From NCBI GenBank assembly GCA_963819815.1, contig CAWFXL010000001.1:1152001-1216000 (forward strand): a stretch of DNA of 64,000 nt, in the 5' to 3' direction. The DNA is from an uncultured bacterium. Lineage in GTDB: Bacteria > Babelota > Babeliae > Babelales > Babelaceae. How positions within the stretch are numbered: position 1 is the first letter of the stretch; the number at the start of each line of letters is the position of its first letter. The translations under genes were made by a program, and so were the position numbers. The notes below the pieces were generated by a model. That model did no database searches and was not told the DNA's origin. It worked only from the letters and a program-made list of their open reading frames with translations. Below, piece after piece: positions 53,885-64,000 of the stretch.

Positions 53885-55159
53885 TTAAAGTTTGGTGAAG
53901 TTCTTCGAACGCAGTACCCTGTGATAGGATATCGCAAAGTGATGGGCATAGTCTCTCAGGCTCATCAGGAGTCGCCCAAGAGGGGTCTTGATATCAAGAG
54001 GAATTCCCTCTGGATGTAAGGGTGTATGCAGAAGCTCTTCTTTTTTAGCAAGGCTTATGCAATACAGATCAGGAAAAAGCTGCTGTACCGATGAAAGCTG
54101 ACCCTTGCCCCCATCAATCAGTGCAATATGGGGCATATCTTCAGGGTTTCTATAGCGACGGGAAACTATTTCTTGCAATGCTGCATAATCATTCTGTTCC
54201 GTGAGCGTCTTAATTCTGAAGCGTCTGAATCTGTTTTTATCGGGGATACCATCCTTGAATCTGATGCAGGACCCCACTAGATAGCTACTTTGGAAATGCG
54301 ATATGTCAAAACAGTCTATGGTCTCTGGCCGTTCTTTGAGCCCAAGAAGTTTCTGCAGTTCAAAGAGGGCCTCCATCGGTTGCTGAATTTTTGCCGATAA
54401 TGGGGTAGACATAACCGTAATGTCTTTTTCGTATTTGCGCTCAGTAAAACCGGTTTTAAGGGCTTCAAAGAGTGATGCAAGATCAGTGAGGTAGATGCTT
54501 AATCGCTTAGATTTTTCAAACTCAAGTCGCTCATTATGCGCTTGTATTTGTTGCATAAGGAGTGTTTGGCAGGCTTCGTATTTGCCTTCAAGTAATCGTT
54601 GTGCAACCATAAGTCTTATCAGATAATCTTCTTTGCTAAAGGACGCTCGACAATTGCCGGCACAGAGACCCATATGGTAATCAAGGCATCCTTGCTCTAT
54701 CTTGGTAGTGCAGAGGCGAAGCTTCAAGGAACGCAGAAGATACTCATAGGATGAACGAGCCCGCTTTTTGTAAAGAAATGGTCCGAAAAAGGTCCCCTTA
54801 CCCTTTTTTTGCCGAACCAATTCGAGCTGAGGGAGCTCTCCTGCTGTAATAACCAGGTATACAAAGGGGTTTGCATGCTTTAGAAGCACATTGTACTTAG
54901 GTTTATAGGTCCGAATTAGCTGGGCTTCTAAGAGTAGCGCTTCAACCTCGTTTTTCGTAAGGATGTATTCGATTGTGGCGTGCTCTTTGATTAATTCTTG
55001 AACTTTCCAATCATCCTGTTTGCGGAAGTATGAAGAAACCCTATTTTTGAGCTGTTTGGCTTTTCCCACATAGATGATTGTACTCGAATGGTCCTTGAAT
55101 ACGTATATTCCAGGCAATCGAGGTAAGGAGCGTACGTAATCAGGTGATACCATAGTCAT
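53885..55159 (-). CDS. uvrC: excinuclease ABC subunit C (no C-terminal HhH)
   Basis: GIY-YIG (PGIY...IIYVGKAK.LKNRVSSYF), PKYNV.L, CFDISH, DYAALQE, LIDGGKGQ, LRD.AH.FAI.YHR. Confidence 0.92.
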   Translation of the reverse strand: MTMVSPDYVRSLPRLPGIYVFKDHSSTIIYVGKAKQLKNRVSSYFRKQDDWKVQELIKEHATIEYILTKNEVEALLLEAQLIRTYKPKYNVLLKHANPFVYLVITAGELPQLELVRQKKGKGTFFGPFLYKKRARSSYEYLLRSLKLRLCTTKIEQGCLDYHMGLCAGNCRASFSKEDYLIRLMVAQRLLEGKYEACQTLLMQQIQAHNERLEFEKSKRLSIYLTDLASLFEALKTGFTERKYEKDITVMSTPLSAKIQQPMEALFELQKLLGLKERPETIDCFDISHFQSSYLVGSCIRFKDGIPDKNRFRRFRIKTLTEQNDYAALQEIVSRRYRNPEDMPHIALIDGGKGQLSSVQQLFPDLYCISLAKKEELLHTPLHPEGIPLDIKTPLGRLLMSLRDYAHHFAISYHRVLRSKNFTKL

Positions 55160-55313
55160 TATCGTAAGTGTTTTTTTATACAGTCTTTTTAATTCATGAT
55201 AAAAGTATACCACACAAATGGCCATTTGAATATATACTTCTTTGTTTACGAGCTGTTATGAATGAGCTATACTTGATACTGTTCTCAGGCGTTACATATA
55301 AGGAAACTAGAGC

Positions 55314-55487
55314 ATGTCGAATACTAAATGGGCTATACAATTAATAATTCTGTGCGTGCTTACCATAGGTGGTTTTATCGGGTGGCACTATCTTGAAAGT
55401 TTATTCAAATTTGATCGACTTAAAGCAATGAATTCACAGAGGGTATATCAATCTGAAGATAAAAGAGTCACGGTGTACAAGTATTAA
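55314..55487 (+). CDS. 57-aa single-TM protein resembling the N-terminus of the downstream M23 peptidase
   Basis: Translates MSNTKWAIQLIILCVLTIGGFIGWHYLESLFKF...; upstream GGCGTTACA.ATAAGGAAA.TA.AGCATGTC is duplicated before 55535. Confidence 0.6.
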   Translation: MSNTKWAIQLIILCVLTIGGFIGWHYLESLFKFDRLKAMNSQRVYQSEDKRVTVYKY

Positions 55488-55534
55488 TGAGTGTTCATAG
55501 AGCAAGTTGGCGTTACAAATAAGGAAATTAAAGC

Positions 55535-56747
55535 ATGTCATATATAAAAGCTGGGTTATTTCTAAGCGTTCTTCTCGTAGGTGGCTATTTTGGTTGGCGT
55601 TATTATGAAAGCCTTTCACGTACTGTGTCCCCCTCTTTAGAGATTCTTGGTATAGAACCGGAAAGTGGTATTTCGAAAGATACCGAAATAACGATTAAAG
55701 GCTCTGATGGATCTAAAATAGAATCCTTACAGATTTCTCTTGATGGAGAGCCCCTTATAAAGCCTGTTTCTTTGGGGAAAAGAACCTTTACGCAGCCTCT
55801 GGCCCTTGTAGTTAAAGAGCTTGGGGAAGGAGCTCATACGCTGGTTGCTGAAATGACCAGTTCAAATCAGGAGCAACCGAAAACTATCCTCGAACTTTCT
55901 TTTCACGTTGATACCTTACCATTACAAGCGACTCTTACTAAAAATGAATTTGACGGACGTGTGTATCAGGGCCATACCCTTCATGTAGAGTTCCAAACAA
56001 ATAAGGAGATACGAGAAGCTCAGATTAAGACGCTTTCAGCATCATATCCTTGTTATTTACAGTCTAACAGAGGTTTGATCTACGAATGCTTTGTACCTCT
56101 TGAATGTGAAGAACTTCCTCAAGAGTATCCCTACACCATAGAAATAACTGATTGGGCAGGCAATTCGATGCTTCTTGAAGGTAAGTTTACTATAGTTGCT
56201 TTCCCTTTTAAAAAGCAGACAATACGGGTAGATAAGCAAAAGATTCAGGAAGAAAATAGTCTCGGTCGTCCCGAAAAAGAGCTTGAAGATGCAATAGTTG
56301 AGCTCACGAAAAAGTCTCCTCAGCAAAAGCTCTGGCATGGCCACTTTATTGTACCCTTAGAGCTCAAGGATACAACGCAAATCACCTCAGATTTTGGGGT
56401 GATTCGTGCAACGCAAGAACGTGGTTTGTGTCAGCATAAAGCTCTTGATTTGATAGCCACACCGAAAAGCGTCGTCTGGGCTCCCCAGGAAGGAATTGTT
56501 GTGATCAAGGATCGGTATGCGCATAGTGGCAATACGATAGCAATAGATCATGGCTATGGACTTATGTCACTCTTTTTTCATCTTGATGAATTTGCTGATG
56601 CGAAGGTTGGGGATCGTATTAAAAAAGGTAAACCGGTAGGGTACGGTTGGTAAAACCGGCTATGCAACGGGGTATCACCTACATTGGGAAATGCGCGTTA
56701 ACACCATACCTGTAGAACCTCTCGAGTGGACAAAGCCAACCTTCTAA
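55535..56747 (+). CDS. M23 family peptidase, frameshift near 56640 (likely sequencing error)
   Basis: HKALD, GNTIAIDHG, HL; after +1 shift VGKTGYATGYHLHWE completes the HxH motif. Confidence 0.88.
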
Positions 56748-56786
56748 AGAAACTAAGAACAACTTCCTCGCCCGAACTTGTTACAA

Positions 56787-57344
56787 ATGAAGTACCAATT
56801 CTTGGGGTCATATATTACAGCAGTTTCCGATACGTATCTTGCTCTTGGTGCGTTTCTTTTTTTTGCTAGTATGGTGGGCTCTTGGTACATATGGGGCTTA
56901 TGCCCTCTTTACCAAGAAATGAGTATTCAGAGGCAGCACACAATGCAGCTTCAAAAGCGCATTGCACTGATACGGAAAAGAATGCGGCATGCACACCTCA
57001 TTAAGCAAAAGCTATCAGATTTACAGCAGTCCTTTGCTCAGCAGAACCTGCCCCCCACGACAATGGAGACCTTAGGGTGCTGGATGAGAGCCATTCATAG
57101 CAATAACCTACATCTTATACGGTACAAAAATGAACCTCCAAGAGAGTATCGATATGTTGTTGAGCAGATGGTTGTCTGCGAACTTCTTGGGTCATATGAG
57201 GACCTCTATGGGTTCCTATCTTCAGAAAGTGTTCGATGTGGTGAATGTACTATTACTCAACGGTCAGAAGGGTTGCTCTTGGGGGGTACATTTGGTGTTT
57301 ATGCTTGTGCACGTGAAGAATCATCCTCTAAGGAGTCTCTATGA
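56787..57344 (+). CDS. PilO/GspM-like protein
   Basis: TM, coiled coil, LLGSYEDLYGFL motif typical of PilO. Confidence 0.55.
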   Translation: MKYQFLGSYITAVSDTYLALGAFLFFASMVGSWYIWGLCPLYQEMSIQRQHTMQLQKRIALIRKRMRHAHLIKQKLSDLQQSFAQQNLPPTTMETLGCWMRAIHSNNLHLIRYKNEPPREYRYVVEQMVVCELLGSYEDLYGFLSSESVRCGECTITQRSEGLLLGGTFGVYACAREESSSKESL

Positions 57345-57652
57345 AGGCCCTTGTTCTCAGTGTATTGTGGGCATTCTCGATGGGGGCTGTCCACCGAAAC
57401 CCTTTTTCATATGGCGATGACTATCGGGTGATTGTCTGCGTAAGCATCGGCTGTCTTAATAATCAGGAGTATTTTGCACGCATATACCTTGATGGAGAGT
57501 TCGTGATTCTGCGAGCGTATGAGAGATACCGAGAGTATGAAGTCGTCAGCATTAGCTCCCATAGCATTACGCTGAAAGATAGCGCTGGGATTCATCATGT
57601 GATGCTAGCTGACCAAAAAATACCTCTAAAAAAAAGCCCTTCAACTTTGTAA
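57341..57652 (+). CDS. PilP-like small secreted protein
   Basis: Signal peptide, RNPF motif, short beta domain (YEVVSISSHSITL); ATGA overlap with upstream gene. Confidence 0.5.
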   Translation: MKALVLSVLWAFSMGAVHRNPFSYGDDYRVIVCVSIGCLNNQEYFARIYLDGEFVILRAYERYREYEVVSISSHSITLKDSAGIHHVMLADQKIPLKKSPSTL

Positions 57653-57794
57653 AGCTGAAGGGTTAGGGGGGACACGAACAATACGAATATTGTTCGGGGA
57701 CAATAATGTCATTTCTATTTACTAAGAAGCAAGACTAACAGTTAATTTCAAAAAGGTCAAATATTTCAGAAAGACTTTTGTGAAATACAAGATA

Positions 57795-58499
57795 TTACTC
57801 CTGATGTCCTTCTATAAACTTTTTAATGAGAGGGTAGTTAGCAGGATTTTTTTCAAAATCAGAACTCTTAGCTATTTGGGCAATCTCTCCCTTTGTTTTC
57901 ATCAGATAGATTGTACAGCCAAGTTTGTTAAGCAACCCAATATCATGCGATGCAACGAGCACCACATAGCCATCTTTTGCAAGGTCTTGTATGGTTTGTG
58001 CAACATAGTTAGTAAGCATCGGATCTAACGCTGAAGTTGGTTCATCTAAACAGATAACACGGGGCTTCATAGCTAGTGAGCGTGCGATAGCAAGTCGCTG
58101 CTTTTGTCCTCCAGAAAGATGGCTTGGATAGAGTAATGCTTTATCTGCAAGGCCATAACGGGTAAGAAGATCATGTGCGATGAGCTGAGCTTCTTGGGGA
58201 GTCTTACCTGCTGCTTTAATCAGCGAAAATGTAATATTAGTTTCTACGGTCATATGATCAAAGAGATTGAACTGCTGAAACACCATGCCTACATCATGCG
58301 GCTTGAGTGGTGCTCCATCAAGTAACAGCGTACCTTCGTCAATCGTTTCAAGATTGTTAAGGACACGCAAAAGGGTAGACTTCCCAACTCCTGAGGGGCC
58401 TAATAGGAAGGCGATTTCTCCTGGTTTAACTGCAAGAGTAATCTCATTAAGTATTTTTTGGGAACCAAAGCATTTGGTGAGCTTTTTAATTTCTAGCAT
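57795..58499 (-). CDS. polar amino-acid ABC transporter ATPase
   Basis: GPSGVGKS, MVFQQFNLF, LSGGQKQR, DEPTSALDP. Confidence 0.93.
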   Translation of the reverse strand: MLEIKKLTKCFGSQKILNEITLAVKPGEIAFLLGPSGVGKSTLLRVLNNLETIDEGTLLLDGAPLKPHDVGMVFQQFNLFDHMTVETNITFSLIKAAGKTPQEAQLIAHDLLTRYGLADKALLYPSHLSGGQKQRLAIARSLAMKPRVICLDEPTSALDPMLTNYVAQTIQDLAKDGYVVLVASHDIGLLNKLGCTIYLMKTKGEIAQIAKSSDFEKNPANYPLIKKFIEGHQE

Positions 58500-59148
58500 G
58501 TTTTTTACGATAAGAATGTTCGAGTTTTAAAAAGAGTAATGATACTATTGAGGTTATTAAAAGATAGAGAAGTCCCACCAGGGTATATACTCCCAGGGCA
58601 TTATAGGACTGGGAAACAAAGATTTCACCGCGCTTATACAGCTCAAGAACTCCAATAGTTGATGCTAAACTTGAATCTTTAATGAGCGTAATAAATTCAT
58701 TTCCTAAGGCAGGTAGAACGATTCTCAATGCTTGAGGAAGAACGATATAGCGTGTGATATCATAGCGTGATAAGCCAAGCGTTGTTGCAGCTTCGATCTG
58801 TCCTTGTGAAACTGAAGTGATTCCTGAACGAACAATTTGGCTGATATAGGCACTGCTATTTAAGCCAATAGCTATAATGGCGGTTGGTAAAGGCGCTATA
58901 TGGATGCCTAGGTTTGGTAACATAAGAAAAAAGAACATAATCTGGAGCAGCATAGGAGTACCGCGGATGATAGTTACATACAGCGTAACCAAGAAACGCA
59001 GAAGCTTTGAAGAGCCTGTTTGAGCTATACCAAGAAGTGTACCTCCAAAAAATCCAAGTAGTGAGCCACAGAAGGCTATTTGGAGGGTAACTAAGACTCC
59101 CCTAAGAAGCTGTGGAGCTGCTGAGGTAATAAGAGCGAGATCGATCAT
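58486..59148 (-). CDS. polar amino-acid ABC transporter permease
   Basis: IRGTP.L.Q, SAY.S.I.R.GI.SV..GQ.EAA, LPQA.R, KDSSL. Confidence 0.93.
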   Translation of the reverse strand: MIDLALITSAAPQLLRGVLVTLQIAFCGSLLGFFGGTLLGIAQTGSSKLLRFLVTLYVTIIRGTPMLLQIMFFFLMLPNLGIHIAPLPTAIIAIGLNSSAYISQIVRSGITSVSQGQIEAATTLGLSRYDITRYIVLPQALRIVLPALGNEFITLIKDSSLASTIGVLELYKRGEIFVSQSYNALGVYTLVGLLYLLITSIVSLLFLKLEHSYRKKHARN

Positions 59149-59918
59149 AGTACGTTCCACTTCTTCTTGAGAGCTGCAAGGGTACCATCAGCTTCCATAT
59201 CATCAAGCGCCTTCTGTACTTTTTGAACAAACTCTTCAGGAAGATGCTTAGATATAGCAAGGGCATTTTCTTCATCAGTCTGAGGTATGACATGGACCTT
59301 AAAGCGAGTATCACCTTCTTTTACATAGGGCTGTAAAGTAAATGCTGCCGTTACGAAAGCATCAGCTTTGTTATACTCAAGAGCTGTTAAGGCATCCGTA
59401 ACGCGGGGTAAGCGTAGGAGCTCCATAATGGCCATTGAGGACATGAGCGAGGTCATGTATGCTTCTGCTGTATACCCGGTATTTACGATGACCTCTTTCA
59501 ATTTAAGATCTTCAAGCCCTTGGATATCTGATGAAGATTTGGTGACGATGAGTAGTGGGTTACCTGAGAGATATGATTTGGTAAAGTGAACACGTTTTGC
59601 CCGTTCAGGAGTTGGTGTCATTCCTGCGGCAATTACATGAATTTGGCCAAGCTCAATTTGGGGGATTAACGTACCAAATGGTTTATCTTGAATCTCAATC
59701 TCAAGTGAAAGTCGTTTAGCGACCTCTTTAATCACATCAATATCAAAACCAACAATTTGGTCATCCTTGGGGCTTCTAAAAGAAAAAGGTGGAAAATCAG
59801 CGCTCGTTCCTACGATGAGAACTTGGCTTAGAGGCTTGACGTCACTTGTAGACCGGTACCAAAATAAGAAGCCAGCTGCTGCAATGAGTAACGCAAGTGT
59901 GCCGAGTATTTTTTTCAT
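59145..59918 (-). CDS. polar amino-acid ABC transporter substrate-binding protein
   Basis: VGTSADFPPF, GFDID, GMTPTPERAK.V.F, DGT...L.KKW. Confidence 0.93.
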   Translation of the reverse strand: MKKILGTLALLIAAAGFLFWYRSTSDVKPLSQVLIVGTSADFPPFSFRSPKDDQIVGFDIDVIKEVAKRLSLEIEIQDKPFGTLIPQIELGQIHVIAAGMTPTPERAKRVHFTKSYLSGNPLLIVTKSSSDIQGLEDLKLKEVIVNTGYTAEAYMTSLMSSMAIMELLRLPRVTDALTALEYNKADAFVTAAFTLQPYVKEGDTRFKVHVIPQTDEENALAISKHLPEEFVQKVQKALDDMEADGTLAALKKKWNVL

Positions 59919-59995
59919 AGGTTACGTCCTTAGGTGGATGTTGTACTGGGTGAAGCTGAAAGCAGTATAGCTCAGAGTAAGCTGAGCTGCAAATA

Positions 59996-60601
59996 TCATG
60001 AAGAAAAGAGCTCTTTTCTTCGGGCAATAACAGAATAGATAGTTCCGTCTTCTGAATGTCCAGTATCCTGCACTTCGTACAGCTCTTTGGCTTCGGCAAA
60101 GTAGATACTCTCAAAATCTTTTAAAAGCTCTCGAAGCTCTTTTTCGGTAAACAAGGGAACTAACTCAGAGCTTTCTTCGGTAAAGAAACCGTCAATTTGA
60201 GTATTTTTTTGAAGATGGGTGTAGAGTTCCCCTATGAAATACCCACCAGGTTTGATCTGCTTGACGATATGGTGCCATATACTCTGAAACTTTTCTGGTT
60301 GTATAAAACAGAGCGAAAATGACGCAACAAAAAGGTCAACTGGTGGAATAAGATTCCAGTCGAGCTCTTCGAAATTAGCCTGTATGGTATGTAATCGGGT
60401 AAGGTGCGGCTGAACGTCTTTTCGTAAGCGCACCTCGTCGAGAAACTCCTTAAAATTATCAATAGCAATCACTGAATAGCCATGATGAAGCAGGGCGCCC
60501 GTTTCTTCTCCCGTGCCAATGCCAAAGTCTATCGCAACAGCACCATCGGTGGCTGGGATAAGAGCAAGTGCTTTTGTTATAAGTGGACGTACGGTTTCCA
60601 T
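59996..60601 (-). CDS. class I SAM-dependent methyltransferase
   Basis: AIDFGIGTG motif I, VIAID, IKPGGYF. Confidence 0.85.
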   Translation of the reverse strand: METVRPLITKALALIPATDGAVAIDFGIGTGEETGALLHHGYSVIAIDNFKEFLDEVRLRKDVQPHLTRLHTIQANFEELDWNLIPPVDLFVASFSLCFIQPEKFQSIWHHIVKQIKPGGYFIGELYTHLQKNTQIDGFFTEESSELVPLFTEKELRELLKDFESIYFAEAKELYEVQDTGHSEDGTIYSVIARRKELFSS

Positions 60602-60706
60602 ATGAAAGTAGTGTATCGTGTATATGTTGGGTATACAAGGGGGGTTTTTTCAAATAAGGAGATCTGTAGTACACTTTCTCATGAACCCATATGTAACGGA
60701 GGTCCT

Positions 60707-61660
60707 ATGTATTTATCACGAATCTGTGCGTTTCTTCTCATGTCCCTGAGCTTCTTGTCTTGCTGCGGCCAGGAGCTTCCCTTGCCCCGTAAGCTAGCTT
60801 CAAAGGCGGTCCATTACATGGAAACTAAGCAACTTGATGCCTTTAGCTGCGGCTATAATTGCCTCTTCAATGCAGCGAACTTTCAGCAGAAGTGTAGCTT
60901 TCAAAATAAGGCATATAAGTATGAAACCTTTGAGGATAAGGTTCTGCCCTATGTACAAAACAAAAGATTAGATCCTCTACAGGCTAGTACCAATACCGAT
61001 ATACAGCATCTTGCACGTAATATCCTTAAGCTCATGCCCACGTACGACCTGTATAGAGGCAAAAAGACAAAGCAGATTGAGTTCTTGAGTTCTGAGTCCG
61101 TAAGGATTTCCTATCCTGCAGGCTCTTCTCAGGCAGAGATTAATCGCCGTATGGATGCAGCAGTTTTGCAAAAGCAGAAGGGTACTATTGAGTCTATAAA
61201 AAAGTACCTCACAAAGAACCCAATAACGGTCATTCATTTTATATGCTACGTAAAGAGCCAAGGTGTTGATCATGCTGTTCTTGTTTCATTGCATCAGAAT
61301 GCAACAGGTCGGGGTCTCTATCTTTTTGATAATATGAATGCGCTTGTGAATGAATCAAGTGATGTAGTACAGTGTATTGAGTATCTCTGTAAGACTTTTT
61401 CTGTAAGTTCTAGGGCGAGCTTCGTTGGCCCTGAATTGCCTCGGCGATGGCCCTATCTTGATAGTGATAGAGAGTATGCTAATCCTATGTATTATCCATA
61501 CTCTACTGAACCAGCTTATGAAGATGATGTATTTAGCTACATTGAGAATGTATGCAAGAACCTTTCAATAAGTCCTGCAAAACGCTTTGTTGCTACTCGC
61601 CGCCGGTCACGCAATAACAGATATAAAAAGAATCGTACATTTAAAAGATATCTTCGATGA
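60707..61660 (+). CDS. secreted hypothetical protein, putative papain-fold cysteine peptidase
   Basis: GGAGG SD, signal peptide, Q..AFSCG, later HAVLV and LFDNMN; basic C-terminus. Confidence 0.6.
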   Translation: MYLSRICAFLLMSLSFLSCCGQELPLPRKLASKAVHYMETKQLDAFSCGYNCLFNAANFQQKCSFQNKAYKYETFEDKVLPYVQNKRLDPLQASTNTDIQHLARNILKLMPTYDLYRGKKTKQIEFLSSESVRISYPAGSSQAEINRRMDAAVLQKQKGTIESIKKYLTKNPITVIHFICYVKSQGVDHAVLVSLHQNATGRGLYLFDNMNALVNESSDVVQCIEYLCKTFSVSSRASFVGPELPRRWPYLDSDREYANPMYYPYSTEPAYEDDVFSYIENVCKNLSISPAKRFVATRRRSRNNRYKKNRTFKRYLR

Positions 61661-63245
61661 GCTGTTTGACCGGTTTTGCTGCCATAGTATGCATCATAGC
61701 AAGATAAAACTTCTCATCGTATTCACGTGTTTGGATAACTACCGGCATAGCGATAGCATGGCCAAGAAGAATGCCTGTTTTTTCGTTTCAAGGCCGGCAA
61801 GAACGGTGCGCAGCTGTGCAGCGTTATTAACTCCCGTTAGAGTAGCTTGGATATCTTTTTCATCATTTAATTGAGCTACAATCTTAGTGCCAATCTGAGA
61901 AAGTATTTCTGGATCTATACCAGAAGGACGCTGATCAACGACTAAGTAATGATACGTAATATTTTCGCATTTCACGTGCAATGATGCCAAAAATAGTTTG
62001 TCGTGCTGCTTGGAGATTAAGAAATTTATGAGCTTCTTCAATGGTGATCATCAGTTTTTTTGGCTCATCTTCTGTTCTTTGTGAACCGAGAAATTTTTCT
62101 GTTTTTTCAATATAGAGTGCATGAATACGTCGAGTAATAATGTTTGCAATCAATAGATAGCAGAACGTAGAGGTAAAGTTACCAAACTCAATTACTATTG
62201 AGATTCCCTTATCTATATATTCCATCATCTGAGTCGATAACATCTCTTTGAGATGCTACTGATGGTGTGATAAAAGGAAGTCGTTCGATAGCTTTAAGCT
62301 TTCGATACAGTGCGGCGATGGATTCAGGATGAGCACCAATCTCTTGTGCAAACTCCTTCAACGTGTCACCTTGTGCTAAAAAGACTTCAAGCCAGTTTTG
62401 TTTATATTTGGCTGCAATTAAATAAGCTGCTTCATAGGCAGTCGGATTAAGATTAAGTTCTGTATCGAGTGAAACAATATCTTCAACTGCGATAGAGCTT
62501 ATATGAAATAGTAAGTTCAACATCGGGCATACCGCCACGGCGCCGAGTTGATGCAGGATCTAATGAGAAGATAGCAACTTTTTCGGGAAATAGTGTTTTT
62601 AAGTCCTTTTACGAAATGACTTTGGTTGCCCTCTTTGCGTGCTTGTAATCCATATTCACTATGCATATCAAAGATAACATTGACCGCTTTGTCATTTTGA
62701 ATAAGCCCTGCAAGTACTAAGCGAGTTAAAAATGTTTTACCGGTTCCTGTTTTTCCAAAAATGCCATTACTACGCTCAGTGAGTTTTTCAAGATCAAGGC
62801 ATACAGAAGTATCCATATCAAGAGGGTTACCGATATTAAAATAGCGTTTACTCGCATCTTTTTCATCACCAAAAATCTGAGCAATATCTTTTGCGTTGCT
62901 TCATATACCGGAGCAAAATGAGGAGGAATGTTTTTACGGGAGCAGGTATTCCGTCAGCGGTAGAGCATGAGCATAGGGCTTAACGTTGCTGTTGCATAGA
63001 TATCTTTGGTTCGCAAGAGATCTTTTAAGAGCAGTTCTTCATTCGTTGGAGGAAATAGCAAGATATCGGGATGAGTTACTTCTAAACTTACATCGGTAAT
63101 TAAAGAAAAAAAGCGATGGTTGTCTCCATGAATTGAAACAAATTTCCCCGTTTTAAGTTGCTCAAGTGCCGTATGAGCACTGTACTCGCATGGTAAATCC
63201 TTCAGTAAGAGAACCAGAAACGATATGGCCTAAATGTTCATTCAT
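61641..63245 (-). pseudogene. HerA/DUF87-like ATPase, multiply frameshifted
   Basis: N-terminal HAS-barrel-like LGHIVSGSLTEG, GKTGTGKT, IFDMHSEY, IEEAHKF, AREMRKY, VDQRPS spread over several frames. Confidence 0.8.
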
Positions 63246-63480
63246 GAGTTATAAGCAGGGTTATGGAGGTTCGAGTAATTTGTAGTATGCCACCAGCGAT
63301 AGTCATCTCAGTTCGGGTACAATCCCACATTTCAATGGAGAGTTCTTTATTAGGGGCAAGCAAAATAATCATCGGTGTATGACCTGGCATAATCACAAAA
63401 TTGCCTTGTTCAGTTTGAGCTTCAAGCCAATTGATATTCATGGTCTGAGAGCTCATGGGCCGCACAATCTTGAGTTCCAT
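63238..63480 (-). CDS. atpC: F1Fo ATP synthase epsilon subunit (short, beta-domain only)
   Basis: Follows atpD; G.F.IMPGHTP.I..L and IAGGIL motifs. Confidence 0.85.
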   Translation of the reverse strand: MELKIVRPMSSQTMNINWLEAQTEQGNFVIMPGHTPMIILLAPNKELSIEMWDCTRTEMTIAGGILQITRTSITLLITHE

Positions 63481-63482
63481 AG

Positions 63483-64000
<518 letters not shown>

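Noticed and set aside
60482..60706. N-terminal extension of the 392-aa ORF
   Set aside because: Overlaps the methyltransferase gene on the opposite strand; GGAGG SD and signal peptide indicate the start at 60707

Overview
Core chromosomal segment of an AT-rich, host-dependent bacterium. The gene content (NTT ADP/ATP translocase, ATAD3-like ATPase, many signal-peptide hypotheticals, short atpC) most resembles Candidatus Dependentiae/Babelota (TM6); this is an inference. It carries housekeeping genes (nfo, infB, nusA, udg, comEC, mutY, phrB, eno, moxR, mlaEF, secG, tpiA, clpB, uvrC, an amino-acid ABC transporter, atpC, partial atpD), MNT/HEPN toxin-antitoxin genes and two pairs of tandem paralogous secreted proteins. 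Five observations stand out. (1) Three sibling ~160-nt structured non-coding elements lie between nfo and infB, with G-U/covarying stems, CU-rich anti-Shine-Dalgarno loops and positionally conserved upstream CAAC boxes. (2) A probable oriC lies between nusA and udg, with 11-bp-phased TTATCCACC-type boxes and no dnaA nearby. (3) A T2SS-like operon encodes three full-length secretins. (4) There is an ATAD3-like AAA+ protein with a predicted signal peptide. (5) There is a papain-fold, Josephin-like candidate effector. Several frameshifts (phrB, M23 peptidase, herA-like, atpD) look like assembly errors. No rRNA, tRNA, CRISPR array or transposase was recognised.
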